Shown one piece after another: positions 32,743 through 43,393 of a stretch of DNA of 64,000 nucleotides (positions are counted from its first letter, which is position 1; each line of letters starts with the position of its first letter). The notes beneath the pieces were generated by a model. That model did no database searches, had not been told where the DNA came from, and worked only from the letters and a program-made list of their open reading frames with translations. The stretch is from an uncultured Pelagibacteraceae bacterium (GTDB lineage: Bacteria; Pseudomonadota; Alphaproteobacteria; Pelagibacterales; Pelagibacteraceae): the NCBI GenBank assembly GCA_902535745.1, contig CACAUR010000003.1, positions 8,747 through 72,746 of the forward strand, given 5' to 3'. A program made the translations under genes and the position numbers.

Positions 32743-33354
32743 ATGAAAAAAAAGTCATCAATAACTTCAAAACTAAGAAATGCTTTTATAGCTGGTATTG
32801 TAGTTTTAGTTCCAATTGGTTTTACTTTGTATCTTACTTTATTTTTAATAAAGATATCATCAAAATTAATTCCTAACGAAATAAATCCAAATAATTATTT
32901 ACCTTTTTCCATACCGGGACTTGAAATTTTATTGTCTGTTATTTTTATTACAATTGTTGGAGGTATTTCTTTATCTTTTTTTGGAAAAAAAATTTTAAAT
33001 TTAATTAATGATCTTTTTAAAAGAATTCCCATCTTAAGGACTATTTACTCTGCAATTGGCCAAATGACAGAAAGTTTCACAAGTAAATCGGATAATAAAA
33101 AAAGTGTTGTTCTAATTGAATACCCTAAAAAGGGATCATGGGCTGTTGGTTTTGCTACTAAAGAAAACAAAGGCGAAATCAGTCAAAAAACAAATAAAGA
33201 GTTAATCAATGTATTCGTTCCCACAACACCTAATCCTACAAGTGGTTTTTTATTAATGTTTCCAAAAGATGAAGTTATTTATCTTGATATGACTTTTGAG
33301 GAAGCTTCAAAATTCATTGTATCTGCTGGTACCTCAGATCCTGCTGACAATTAA
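32743..33354 (+). CDS. DUF502 family membrane protein
   Basis: RIPILRTIY and VFVPTTPNPTSGFL motifs. Confidence 0.88.
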   Translation: MKKKSSITSKLRNAFIAGIVVLVPIGFTLYLTLFLIKISSKLIPNEINPNNYLPFSIPGLEILLSVIFITIVGGISLSFFGKKILNLINDLFKRIPILRTIYSAIGQMTESFTSKSDNKKSVVLIEYPKKGSWAVGFATKENKGEISQKTNKELINVFVPTTPNPTSGFLLMFPKDEVIYLDMTFEEASKFIVSAGTSDPADN

Positions 33355-35390
33355 ACAATATCATTCAAAATATCGGCTCTGTCATAAAGTTTGAGTAAAG
33401 ATTGAAACTTATTTAAATTTATATTGTCCCTTTCAATTCTTTTAGTCTCTTTCTCTGCTAATATAAAAAGATCTTCATTTAAAACAGGATCAGCAAGACG
33501 GAAACTTTGAACTCCACTTTGTTTAAAACCTAATAAGTCTCCATAACCTCTTAATTTCATATCTTCCTCTGATATTTTAAATCCATCATTATTTTCCTTC
33601 AAAATATTTATCCGTTTTCTAGCATTTTTACTTAAATTCTTTTTAAACATTAGAATACAAAATGACTCTTTGTTACCTCTACCAACTCTACCCCTAAGTT
33701 GATGGAGTTGCGATAAACCAAATTTATTTGAATTTTCTATTATGATCACGTTTGCATTTGGAAAATCAATACCAACCTCAATAACCGTTGTTGAGATCAA
33801 AATATCAATTTTTCTGTTCAGAAATTTATTTAATATCTTATCTTTATCAACTTTATCAAGTGAGCCATGTAAAAGACCAGCTCTATCTTTAAAAATTTTT
33901 TGAAGACCATTATATCTTTGCACTGCTGATTGATGATCAACTTTTTTAGATTCTTCGATTAATGGGCAAACCCAAAAAATTTGATTACCTTTCTTAATTT
34001 GTTTTTTTGTAAAATCAATTATTTCACTAAGTTTAGTATCAACCTTACTGTAAGTTTTTACTGGTTTTCGGTTTTTAGGTTTTTGTTTGATGATAGTAAC
34101 ATCCATATCTCCAAAAATAGTCATAATCATAGTTCTTGGTATAGGTGTTGCTGACATTACTAATACATCACAATTTTTACCGCCTTTATCAGATAGTTTC
34201 TTTCTCTGCTTAACCCCAAATTTATGTTGTTCATCAATAACGATAAGTCCAAGTTTTTTATAATTAATTTTTTCTTGAAAGACTGAATGGGTTCCAAAAA
34301 GTATTTTAATTTTATTAGTCTCTAAATTTTTAATTATCTTTTTCCTCTCTGTATAATCAGTTTTAGAAGTTAAAAAATCGATTTTAATTTTATCTTTTAT
34401 TAAAGATTGTGCTAATTTGTAATGTTGATATGCTAAAATTTCTGTAGGTGCCATAAAAGCAACCTGGTAACCACTATTCACAACATTAAAACAAGAAATT
34501 AATGCTATAATAGTTTTACCACTTCCAACATCTCCTTGTAAAAGTCTGAACATTTTTTCTTCAGATTTTAAATCATTGTTTATCTCATTTAATGCGTTTG
34601 TTTGATCTGAGGTAAGCTCATAACTCAATTCTTTTTTTATATTGTTTGAAAAATCGTCATTAAATATTTTTTTTTCTTTTTTAAATTTTTTAATAGTTTT
34701 TCTTATTTTTGAATTAATTAAAAAAGTAGAGAGAATTTCATCAAAAATTAATCTTTTTAAAAAATTACCCTTCTTGTTAATATTATTGGGATCATGAAGT
34801 TCTAAAACTGCTTTTTTCCACGAAATATTATCAAATTTTTTAAGAGTTTCTTTATCCAACCATTCATCTAAATTCGGTATATTTTTTAGTACTTCTTGAA
34901 TGATTTTGTTATAAAGTTTGTTATTAAGGCCTTCAGTTAAACTATAACTTTTATCAATTTTTTTAACAGAATTAGGATCCTTAGATAAATGAGTAGGGTT
35001 AGTTATTTGATATTTCTTATTATAAAAACCAATCTTACCACTGATAGTTACTTTTGCGTTTAGTGGCAGTATTTTTCTAATATATCCCTCATAACTATTA
35101 AAAAAGATGCAATCTAGCTTTCCAGTTTCATCTTCACATATTACTTTGTTAGGCAAGTTTCTGATACGTGGAAAGTTATATTTTTTTACAACAACTGTTA
35201 CGGTTTGTATTTTTCCTACTTGCAATTCATTAATTGGATAAACATTTGATCTATCCACAAAATCTCTAGGCAAATTCCACAGAAGATCAAATATTGTGTT
35301 AATATTCTTTTTTCGAAATAATTTTCCTATTTTGGTTCCTATACCTTTTATGGTACTTATATCGGATAGCAAATATTCATATGAAGACAT
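33351..35390 (-). CDS. recG: ATP-dependent DNA helicase RecG
   Basis: LQGDVGSGKT, DEQHKFG, SATPIPRT and QLRGRVGRG motifs. Confidence 0.97.
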   Translation of the reverse strand: MSSYEYLLSDISTIKGIGTKIGKLFRKKNINTIFDLLWNLPRDFVDRSNVYPINELQVGKIQTVTVVVKKYNFPRIRNLPNKVICEDETGKLDCIFFNSYEGYIRKILPLNAKVTISGKIGFYNKKYQITNPTHLSKDPNSVKKIDKSYSLTEGLNNKLYNKIIQEVLKNIPNLDEWLDKETLKKFDNISWKKAVLELHDPNNINKKGNFLKRLIFDEILSTFLINSKIRKTIKKFKKEKKIFNDDFSNNIKKELSYELTSDQTNALNEINNDLKSEEKMFRLLQGDVGSGKTIIALISCFNVVNSGYQVAFMAPTEILAYQHYKLAQSLIKDKIKIDFLTSKTDYTERKKIIKNLETNKIKILFGTHSVFQEKINYKKLGLIVIDEQHKFGVKQRKKLSDKGGKNCDVLVMSATPIPRTMIMTIFGDMDVTIIKQKPKNRKPVKTYSKVDTKLSEIIDFTKKQIKKGNQIFWVCPLIEESKKVDHQSAVQRYNGLQKIFKDRAGLLHGSLDKVDKDKILNKFLNRKIDILISTTVIEVGIDFPNANVIIIENSNKFGLSQLHQLRGRVGRGNKESFCILMFKKNLSKNARKRINILKENNDGFKISEEDMKLRGYGDLLGFKQSGVQSFRLADPVLNEDLFILAEKETKRIERDNINLNKFQSLLKLYDRADILNDIV

Positions 35391-35407
35391 AGTTTAGTTA
35401 TAATATC

Positions 35408-35668
35408 ATGACTCTTAATAAAGAAGATCTTAAAAATAAAATTATATACAGGGCTTCCTATAGAGGAACAAAAGAAATGGATATACTGATGACAGCTTTT
35501 GTAAAATCGTTAATCAACGATTTGGATGAGAATTACCTTAAAACCCTAGACTCGTTTGTTAATATGGATGATGAAACATTAATTTCTTTAAAAAAAAAGG
35601 AATCAAAGAACGAATATAAAGATGAAAGAATGCTTTACATTATAGATAAATTTCAAAAGTTTAATTAG
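35408..35668 (+). CDS. sdhE: succinate dehydrogenase assembly factor (SdhE/Sdh5)
   Basis: IIYRASYRGTKEMD motif. Confidence 0.88.
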   Translation: MTLNKEDLKNKIIYRASYRGTKEMDILMTAFVKSLINDLDENYLKTLDSFVNMDDETLISLKKKESKNEYKDERMLYIIDKFQKFN

Positions 35669-35758
35669 TGGCGGAGAGACTGGGATTCGAACCCAGGAAA
35701 GAGTTGCCCCTTTGCCGGTTTTCAAGACCGGTGCTTTCAACCGCTCAGCCATCTCTCC
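35669..35758 (-). tRNA. tRNA-Ser (TGA)
   Basis: Reverse complement GGAGAGATGGCTGAGCGGTTGAAAGCACCGGTCTTGAAAACCGG...GGTTCGAATCCCAGTCTCTCCGCCA, with a long variable arm. Confidence 0.97.
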
Positions 35759-35845
35759 GTGAGCTAGTTTTTATAAGTATAATATTAAAATTCAAGAATT
35801 AAATGGGGTTATTTTATCAATAATGGAATATAAATTTCCTTTTTT

Positions 35846-36724
35846 ATGAACTTAAAAGAATTTAATAAAGGAATTTTATTTAGTAGCTTAGGATCGTTTT
35901 GGTGGGGTGCTATTGGAGTAATTTATTTTAGCTATTTTTCTTTTATAGGCCATATAGAATTAGTCATACATAGATGTATTTGGACTGCAGTCATGCTTAT
36001 TATAACTACTCAATTTTTTTCAAAATGGAATATTTTTTTCAAAATTTTAAAAAATAAAAAAAATCTTTTAGTCCTTTTTTTCTCTGGATTGTTAATATTT
36101 ATTAATTGGGCAGTTTGGATCTATGCTGTATCAAATGACCAAATCATTGATGCATCATTTGGATATTTTATAATGCCAATTGTAAGTGTTTTATGTGGAA
36201 ATATCTTTTTTAGAGAAAAAATAAGTTTTAAAAGTAAAATTTCTATTTTTCTTGTTTGTGTTGCTATTTTTATTCTACTAAGAAATTTTAATAATGTTCC
36301 TTGGGTTGGTCTTATAGTAGCTTTTTCGTGGGCTTTTTATAATGTTCTAAGAAAATTAATAAATGTTGATACAGATATTGGTCTATTAATAGAAAGTTTG
36401 TACATTCTTCCAATGTCCTTAATAGTTTTTTATTTTATTTTTAAAAACGGTCAAAACGATTTTTCATTAGAAAATTTAAATTTGATGTTTATGCTTTTAT
36501 TAGCGGGACCAATGACAGTAATTCCTTTATTTCTTTATGTTAGAGGTGTTGAACTTTCTGGTTTAGGGCCTAGTGGAATGATATTCTATATCACCCCAAC
36601 TCTTCAGTTCCTTTTGGGTTATTTCTACTATAATGAGCTTTTTTCTTACGAAAAATTCTTTAGTTTTACTATTATATGGATTGCTGTAATAATTTATTTA
36701 AAAGATTTATATGAAAAATACTAA
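35846..36724 (+). CDS. rarD: EamA/DMT family transporter RarD
   Basis: HRCIW, NWAVWIYAV, ASFGYFIMP and YITPTLQF motifs. Confidence 0.88.
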   Translation: MNLKEFNKGILFSSLGSFWWGAIGVIYFSYFSFIGHIELVIHRCIWTAVMLIITTQFFSKWNIFFKILKNKKNLLVLFFSGLLIFINWAVWIYAVSNDQIIDASFGYFIMPIVSVLCGNIFFREKISFKSKISIFLVCVAIFILLRNFNNVPWVGLIVAFSWAFYNVLRKLINVDTDIGLLIESLYILPMSLIVFYFIFKNGQNDFSLENLNLMFMLLLAGPMTVIPLFLYVRGVELSGLGPSGMIFYITPTLQFLLGYFYYNELFSYEKFFSFTIIWIAVIIYLKDLYEKY

Positions 36725-37709
36725 ACTAATTCTTTTATTACTAATCTCTCTTATAAATTTCAAAACTGTCATTGCAGATGAATCTTTTAATCAATGGTTG
36801 GATAGCTTCAAGATCAGAGCTGTAAAATCTGGAATAAGCAAAGAAACAGTTGATCTTGTTATGAATAAAGCAATTTTTTTACCCAAAGTTATTGAATACG
36901 ATAGATATCAGCCTGAATTTTATGAAGACACCAAAACTTATGTGGGCAAGAGATCAAATAAAAAAAAGGTAGTTAAGGGTAAAAGAATATATAAAAAAAA
37001 TTCTAAACTTATAGAAAAAGTCGATCAAGAATTTTTAGTAGAAAAAGAACTATTACTTGCTTTAATGGGCATTGAGACAAACTTTGGTACTTATCTTGGT
37101 AAAATGGATATCATTTCGTCTCTTGCCACTTTAAGCTATGATAAGAGAAGAAGTGAATTTTTTTCTAAAGAATTAATAACAGTATTAAGATTAATTGATA
37201 ATAAAAAAATCAATAAAGAAATTTTATATGGATCATGGGCTGGTGCATTTGGAAATTTTCAGTTTATGCCGTCAACTATTTCTAACTATGCAATCGATTA
37301 TAATCAAAATAGTGTAATTGAACTTAAAAATGTAGAAGACTCATTTGCATCAGCTGCAAATTATATGAAAAAAATAGGTTGGAAAAAGAACAACCATTGT
37401 TTTTATCGTGTTGAATTAAAGGATAATATTCCTTCAAAATTTTTAAATTCTTCGGCAAGAAATATTAAGCATAAAAAAAATTTCAGATTTTACAAAAAAT
37501 TTATTAAGAATGATCTATCTGATATTGTAAATGATAAAGAAAAAGTTGCTATAATTACACCAGATGTAGATATTATTCCTGGAAGTCAAACTCTTAATCC
37601 AGCTTATATTGTTTTCTCTAATTATGAAAAAATTTTAAAGTGGAATAGGTCACTAAGATTTGCTTTAGCTGTTTGCACTTTGAAGGATAAATTTAAAGAT
37701 GAATTATAA
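36711..37709 (+). CDS. lytic murein transglycosylase (MltB/SLT_2 family)
   Basis: DRYQPEF, GIETNFG and GSWAGAFGNFQFMPS motifs. Confidence 0.92.
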   Translation: MKNTKLILLLLISLINFKTVIADESFNQWLDSFKIRAVKSGISKETVDLVMNKAIFLPKVIEYDRYQPEFYEDTKTYVGKRSNKKKVVKGKRIYKKNSKLIEKVDQEFLVEKELLLALMGIETNFGTYLGKMDIISSLATLSYDKRRSEFFSKELITVLRLIDNKKINKEILYGSWAGAFGNFQFMPSTISNYAIDYNQNSVIELKNVEDSFASAANYMKKIGWKKNNHCFYRVELKDNIPSKFLNSSARNIKHKKNFRFYKKFIKNDLSDIVNDKEKVAIITPDVDIIPGSQTLNPAYIVFSNYEKILKWNRSLRFALAVCTLKDKFKDEL

Positions 37710-38430
37710 AAATTTATTGTTGATCTTGCTTTTTTTGACAAGTTGTACTGTTCAAAGTACTCAATATAGTGAAAATATATTTTCAAATAGAGGGTTTGTT
37801 CTACTATACGATGAATCTTTAATTGAAAAAAAATTATTAAGGAAACCCCTTGATGATAGAGGCCTTGAGATAGTTCATAATACTTTGTCAAAAGGTACAA
37901 AAGTGAGAATTATTAATCTTTTAAATAACAAAAGCACAAATGCAATAGTAAAAACAAAAAATAAAAATCTCTTTTTTTATAATTCAATCTTTTCAAAAAG
38001 AATTTTTGATGAGCTCGACATCTCACTCAAAGAACCATATGTAGAAATTAGTAAAATTAGAGAAAATAAAACATTTATTGCAAAAAAATCAAAAACTTTT
38101 GATGAAGAAAAAAAAGTTGCTAATAAGGCCCCTATTAAGTCAATAAGTATAAATGAAATTGGGACACCTAAATCAAAGGAATTAGATGATAGAAGATCTT
38201 TTAATTATTCAATTAAAATCACGGAGTTCTATTTTTTAAAAAATGCTAACGAGCTCAAAAAAAGAATCAAAAATGAGACTTCACTTAAAAAAATCAATGT
38301 AATTTCTATAAATGACACTAGGCATCAAGTATTATTGGGCCCTTATTCTAATATTAATACTCTACAATCAGCTTATAATAGTATAAATAATTTAAATTTT
38401 GAAAATATTGAATTAATTAGAAATGATTAA
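37699..38430 (+). CDS. RlpA-like lipoprotein with a SPOR domain (degenerate)
   Basis: Lipobox LTSC, HNTL..GTKVRIINL (RlpA DPBB-like), C-terminal QVLLGPY (SPOR-like). Occupies the rlpA position. Confidence 0.65.
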   Translation: MNYKNLLLILLFLTSCTVQSTQYSENIFSNRGFVLLYDESLIEKKLLRKPLDDRGLEIVHNTLSKGTKVRIINLLNNKSTNAIVKTKNKNLFFYNSIFSKRIFDELDISLKEPYVEISKIRENKTFIAKKSKTFDEEKKVANKAPIKSISINEIGTPKSKELDDRRSFNYSIKITEFYFLKNANELKKRIKNETSLKKINVISINDTRHQVLLGPYSNINTLQSAYNSINNLNFENIELIRND

Positions 38431-39577
38431 AAAATTTATTATAATTTTTAATTTACTTTTTGCTTTTTTAGCCGCGCCCTCTAAGGCAGCCTTTGATATA
38501 AATGCTAGAACTGCTATTTTACAAGATTTCCTATCTGGAGAAATACTTTATGAAAAAGAAGTAGATAGCGTTATTTATCCAGCCTCAATGACAAAAATTA
38601 TGACATCAATTGTGGTGTTCGATTTATTAAAGAGTGGAGATCTTTCCCTTGATGATAAGGTAATGGTATCTGAGAACGCTTGGAGGCTGTCTCAATCTGG
38701 ATATTCATCTATGTTTATTATGGTAGGAGACGAAGTAAGTGTGGAAGATTTATTAAAAGGAATAATTATTGCATCAGGTAACGATGCTTGTGTTGCATTA
38801 GCCGAAGGCGTTGCGGGTAGTGAAGAGGAATTTGCTATTTTAATGAATGCAAAAGCATCTGAAATTGGAATGATCAATTCAAATTTTTCAAATTCATCAG
38901 GCATTAATGATCCAGATAATTATTCTACAGTTAAGGATATTTTAATAATGTCTAATTATCTTATTAAAAATTATCCTGTTTATTATGAATATTTTAAGGA
39001 GAAAGAATTTACATGGGATAGAACGGGTGGAGATCCAATTACACAAGGTAATAGAAATCCTCTGCTTTACAAAAATTTAGGAGCCGATGGCATTAAAACT
39101 GGTTATTTAGCTGTAGAAAAATATTCTTTAGCAAGCTCAGTTCAAAGAGGAGAAAGAAGACTTATTGCTGTTGGAAGTGGTTTTGAAACTAAAAATGAAA
39201 GATCTAGACAATCGACCCGATTATTAACTTGGGGTTTGACAAATTTTGATACAGTTGAAATTGCAAAAAAAGACGAAAATTTTATAGATTTAGATGTTTG
39301 GCTTGGAAAAAAAGATATTGTTGGTGGTTATGTAAAAGAAGACATTTACAAAACTTTTCCTAAAGCCAGAAAAAAATTCTTGTCAGCAATTGTAGAATAT
39401 AATGGTCCTATTAAAGCACCTGTCAAAAAAGACCAAGAAATTGGCTTATTAAAGATTTCTTATAAAGGGGATTTAATTGATGAGTACCCAGTTTATGCAG
39501 TTGAAAAAGTAAAAAAAGTCAACATTTTCTCTAGAATAATTCACTCTATAAATTATTTGATATGGGGCGATGTATAA
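38423..39577 (+). CDS. dacA: D-alanyl-D-alanine carboxypeptidase
   Basis: PASMTK (SxxK), SGN and KTG motifs. Confidence 0.92.
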   Translation: MIKKFIIIFNLLFAFLAAPSKAAFDINARTAILQDFLSGEILYEKEVDSVIYPASMTKIMTSIVVFDLLKSGDLSLDDKVMVSENAWRLSQSGYSSMFIMVGDEVSVEDLLKGIIIASGNDACVALAEGVAGSEEEFAILMNAKASEIGMINSNFSNSSGINDPDNYSTVKDILIMSNYLIKNYPVYYEYFKEKEFTWDRTGGDPITQGNRNPLLYKNLGADGIKTGYLAVEKYSLASSVQRGERRLIAVGSGFETKNERSRQSTRLLTWGLTNFDTVEIAKKDENFIDLDVWLGKKDIVGGYVKEDIYKTFPKARKKFLSAIVEYNGPIKAPVKKDQEIGLLKISYKGDLIDEYPVYAVEKVKKVNIFSRIIHSINYLIWGDV

Positions 39578-40181
39578 TAAAGTCATTGTTTTCGAAGGTA
39601 TTGATGGATCAGGAAAAAGTTTTCATTTAAATGCTGCATCTAATTATTTAAAAAAGAAAAAAATAAAGCATATTAAACTTAGAGAACCAGGTGGATCTAA
39701 AAATTCAGAAAAATTAAGAAAATTGTTGTTATCAAATAAATCTGATTTTGAAAAAAAAACTGATTTACTTATATATTTATCTGCTAGATCTGAAAATTTT
39801 TATAAAATAATTAAACCTAATCTTAAGAAAAAAGTAATCCTGATTGATAGATTTGTTGATTCCACGATTGCATATCAACACTATGGTTTTGGCATAAATA
39901 GAAATATTATTAATTCGTTAAATAGATTTATATTAGGAAACTTTAAGGTAGATTTTACGTTTCTACATATTGTTAAAAAAAAAGATATTCTTAAAAAGAT
40001 TAAGACTAAAAAAAATAGATACGACAAATTTAATAAAAATTTCTATCTTAAAGCACAAAATGGTTTTTTGAAATTATCAAATAAGAAAAAAAATTATCTA
40101 AAGATCTACTCTGATGAGACAAAAGATAGAAATAAACAAATTATACAAAAAAAATTCAATTCTTTGATTAAAATGAAATGA
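39570..40181 (+). CDS. tmk: thymidylate kinase
   Basis: FEGIDGSGKS, REPGG and DRFVDSTIAYQ motifs. Confidence 0.95.
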   Translation: MYNKVIVFEGIDGSGKSFHLNAASNYLKKKKIKHIKLREPGGSKNSEKLRKLLLSNKSDFEKKTDLLIYLSARSENFYKIIKPNLKKKVILIDRFVDSTIAYQHYGFGINRNIINSLNRFILGNFKVDFTFLHIVKKKDILKKIKTKKNRYDKFNKNFYLKAQNGFLKLSNKKKNYLKIYSDETKDRNKQIIQKKFNSLIKMK

Positions 40182-41110
40182 CACCTTTAACTCAAATTAA
40201 ATTACTATCTTTTAAGGACAATTTTAAAGAATTGGTTAACCTTTCATTGAGAAATAAACTACCAAATAAATTGATTTTCTCTGGTAATAAAGGGATAGGT
40301 AAATGCACTTTTGCTTTTCATTTAATAAATTACTTATTTTCACAGGATGAACAGGACAGTTATAATCTTGAGGATAATGAGATAAATATTAATAACAAGT
40401 CTTATAAGCTTGTTTCAAACAATACACATCCAAATTTACTTTTAATAGACAGTACTGATAAAAAATTTATAGAAGTTTCAAAAATAAGAGAAATATTAAA
40501 TTTTTCGTCAAAAACCTCTTTTTCAAATAAAAAAAAAATTGTGCTTATTAATAATGTTGAAAAAATGAATATCAACGCCTCAAATGCTTTACTTAAGATT
40601 TTGGAGGAACCATCAACAAATTTGTTTTTTATTCTAATTCACAATTCTCATAAAAAACTAATCAGCACTATAAATTCAAGATGTATAAAGTTTAATTTTT
40701 TTATAACTGAATCTGAAATAGAAAAAATTATTAATAATGTAATAGATAATGATTTTTATGAGAGTCTATCGTCTGATTTTAAGATTAGATATCTTTCACC
40801 AAAATTTTATATTGATTTATATGATTTTATAAATAAAGAAAAAATTGAATTAAATGATTTGGATATTAACTTTTTGTTAGATTATATATTTAATAAACGA
40901 AATTATCTCAAGGATGAATTTATAATTGAAAATTTGCAAATCCTTATTGAAATATATTTCTATAATAAGATTATTTCACAGAACAATTTTGAAAATGACT
41001 ATAAATCATTTAAACAAACGATGAATAAAATTAACAATATGAATAAGTTTAATTTAGATAAAGACTCATCTTTATTAGAAATTAAAAATATAATTGTAAA
41101 TGAAAGATAA
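40178..41110 (+). CDS. holB: DNA polymerase III delta' subunit
   Basis: GNKGIGK, HPNL, ASNALLKILEEP and TINSRC motifs; lies between tmk and metG. Confidence 0.88.
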   Translation: MTPLTQIKLLSFKDNFKELVNLSLRNKLPNKLIFSGNKGIGKCTFAFHLINYLFSQDEQDSYNLEDNEININNKSYKLVSNNTHPNLLLIDSTDKKFIEVSKIREILNFSSKTSFSNKKKIVLINNVEKMNINASNALLKILEEPSTNLFFILIHNSHKKLISTINSRCIKFNFFITESEIEKIINNVIDNDFYESLSSDFKIRYLSPKFYIDLYDFINKEKIELNDLDINFLLDYIFNKRNYLKDEFIIENLQILIEIYFYNKIISQNNFENDYKSFKQTMNKINNMNKFNLDKDSSLLEIKNIIVNER

Positions 41111-42632
41111 TTTTTATATAACTACACCAATTTATTACCCTTCAGCAAAACCTCACATGGGACATGCTTATTCAAGTATAGTAGCTGATTTTTTTGCACG
41201 TTTAAAAAGAATTCAAGGCCATAAAGTCTTTTTTTTAACCGGAACTGATGAACATGGTCAAAAAATACAAAGAGCCGCTGAGAAATCTAACAAAGATCCT
41301 TTAAAGTTCTGTGATGAAATAAGTAAGACTTTTAGAAACTTATCTTCATTACTTAATTTATCTAATGATGATTTTATAAGAACTACAGAAAAAAGGCATG
41401 CGTCAGCTGTAACTAATCTTTGGAATATTTTAGAAAAAAAAAAGGAAATTTATCTCTCAAAATATTCAGGTTGGTACTCCGTTTCTGATGAAGCTTTTTA
41501 TAATGAAGATGAAATTGAAGATCTAGAAGAAAAAAAAATATCCAAATCGTCTGGATCACCTGTAGAGTGGGTTGAAGAAGAATCTTACTTTTTTAAATTA
41601 TCTAAATGGCAAGAACCACTTTTAAAATTTTATTCTGAAAATCCAAAATTTATATTACCGGAGAGCCGGAAAAATGAGGTAATTAGTTTTGTGAAAAGCG
41701 GATTAAAAGATTTATCTGTTAGCAGAAAATCTTTTTCTTGGGGGATTAAAGTTCCATCAAATAAAGAACATGTCATATACGTATGGCTTGATGCTTTAAC
41801 AAATTATCTTTCGGCTTTAAATTATCCAAAAGAAACTGAAAAATTATATAAAGACTATTGGCCTGCTAATATTCATATTATAGGAAAAGATATTTTAAGA
41901 TTTCACGCAGTGTATTGGCCAGCCTTTTTATTGGCAGCAGGTATTAAACCTCCACAGAGAGTATACGGTCACGGATGGATACTTTCAGGTGATGAAAAAA
42001 TGTCAAAGTCTAAAGGTAATATTTTAGATCCTATTGAAATAATTGATATCTATGGATTAGATGCATTGAGATATTATTTACTTAAAGAAGTATCTTTTGG
42101 AAATGATGGGAATATTTCAAAGGAAAAATTAGAAAGTTGTATAAATAGTGATTTGGCGAATAATTATGGAAATTTATGTCAAAGAGTTATTTTGTTTTGT
42201 GAAAAAAATCTTGGTCTTAAAGTTCCAGGAAAATATAATTTTACGAAAGAAGATCTATCAATTCTTAATGACTTTAAAGAAAATATAAAAGATATAGAAA
42301 AACAAATTAATGATCAAAATATAAATTACTATGTTGAGTATGTTGTAAATCAATTATTTAAAGCTAATAAATACTTCAATGATCAAGCACCTTGGACTAA
42401 AAAAGACGATAGTTTAAGATTGAACACAATTGTGTTTGTATCTCTTGAATTAATTAGAAAAATTTCAATTTTACTATATCCAATTATTCCTAATACTGCT
42501 TTAAAAGTCCTAAATATTTTTTCCATGAAGGAAAATGACGTAAAATTTGACACTATTAGTAATAACGAATATTTAAAACATAAAAAAGAAATTATAAAGC
42601 TTGGTATTTTGTTTGAAAAAATAAAAAAATGA
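41100..42632 (+). CDS. metG: methionine--tRNA ligase
   Basis: YITTPIYY..PHMGH, YVWLDAL, GKDILRFH and KMSKS motifs. Confidence 0.97.
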   Translation: MKDNFYITTPIYYPSAKPHMGHAYSSIVADFFARLKRIQGHKVFFLTGTDEHGQKIQRAAEKSNKDPLKFCDEISKTFRNLSSLLNLSNDDFIRTTEKRHASAVTNLWNILEKKKEIYLSKYSGWYSVSDEAFYNEDEIEDLEEKKISKSSGSPVEWVEEESYFFKLSKWQEPLLKFYSENPKFILPESRKNEVISFVKSGLKDLSVSRKSFSWGIKVPSNKEHVIYVWLDALTNYLSALNYPKETEKLYKDYWPANIHIIGKDILRFHAVYWPAFLLAAGIKPPQRVYGHGWILSGDEKMSKSKGNILDPIEIIDIYGLDALRYYLLKEVSFGNDGNISKEKLESCINSDLANNYGNLCQRVILFCEKNLGLKVPGKYNFTKEDLSILNDFKENIKDIEKQINDQNINYYVEYVVNQLFKANKYFNDQAPWTKKDDSLRLNTIVFVSLELIRKISILLYPIIPNTALKVLNIFSMKENDVKFDTISNNEYLKHKKEIIKLGILFEKIKK

Positions 42633-43390
42633 TAGATTCACATTGCCATTTAGATCGAGAACCTCTTATATCTAATTTAAGTCAAGTATTGACTAGAGCA
42701 AAAGATGTAGGTCTTGAAAAATTATTAACTATTTGCACTACTAGTAGTGGATACAGTAGTATTCTTGATATTGTGTCTAAAGATCCAATGATATATGGAA
42801 CTTTTGGAATTCACCCTCATGAAACAAAAAATTATTTTATCGAAAGAGATGAAATTATTAAAAAAGTAAAGATGAATAGCAAAATTATTGGAGTAGGAGA
42901 GACTGGATTAGATTTTTATTATAATAATAGTGATAAAGATACACAATTAAGGAGTTTTCAAAATCATATCGAAGCTGCAATGGATCTTAACATTCCTCTA
43001 ATCATTCATTCAAGAAATGCAGAGAATGAAACTTATGATATCCTTAAAAAAAATTATCAGAAAAATCTAAAAATTCTTATGCATTGTTTTACTGGATCAA
43101 CTAATTTTGCTTTAAATTTGGTTCCATTAAACGCTTATTTTTCTGCAAGCGGCATAATTACCTTTAAAAAGTCAACAGAGTTACAGGAAACTTTTAAAAA
43201 AATTCCTGAAGATAAACTTTTAATAGAAACAGACAGTCCTTTTTTATCTCCAGAGCCAAATAGAGGTAAAAAAAATGAACCTTCATTCATTAAATTTACT
43301 GCACAAAAACTTGCTAATCTTCGAAATATTGAGGTTGATAAGCTAATATTACTTACCACTAATAATTTTAATACTTTGTTTTCTAAATAA
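42629..43390 (+). CDS. tatD: TatD family nuclease
   Basis: DSHCHL, GIHPH, GETGLD, HCF and ETDSPFL motifs. Confidence 0.94.
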   Translation: MIDSHCHLDREPLISNLSQVLTRAKDVGLEKLLTICTTSSGYSSILDIVSKDPMIYGTFGIHPHETKNYFIERDEIIKKVKMNSKIIGVGETGLDFYYNNSDKDTQLRSFQNHIEAAMDLNIPLIIHSRNAENETYDILKKNYQKNLKILMHCFTGSTNFALNLVPLNAYFSASGIITFKKSTELQETFKKIPEDKLLIETDSPFLSPEPNRGKKNEPSFIKFTAQKLANLRNIEVDKLILLTTNNFNTLFSK

Positions 43391-43393
43391 TTC

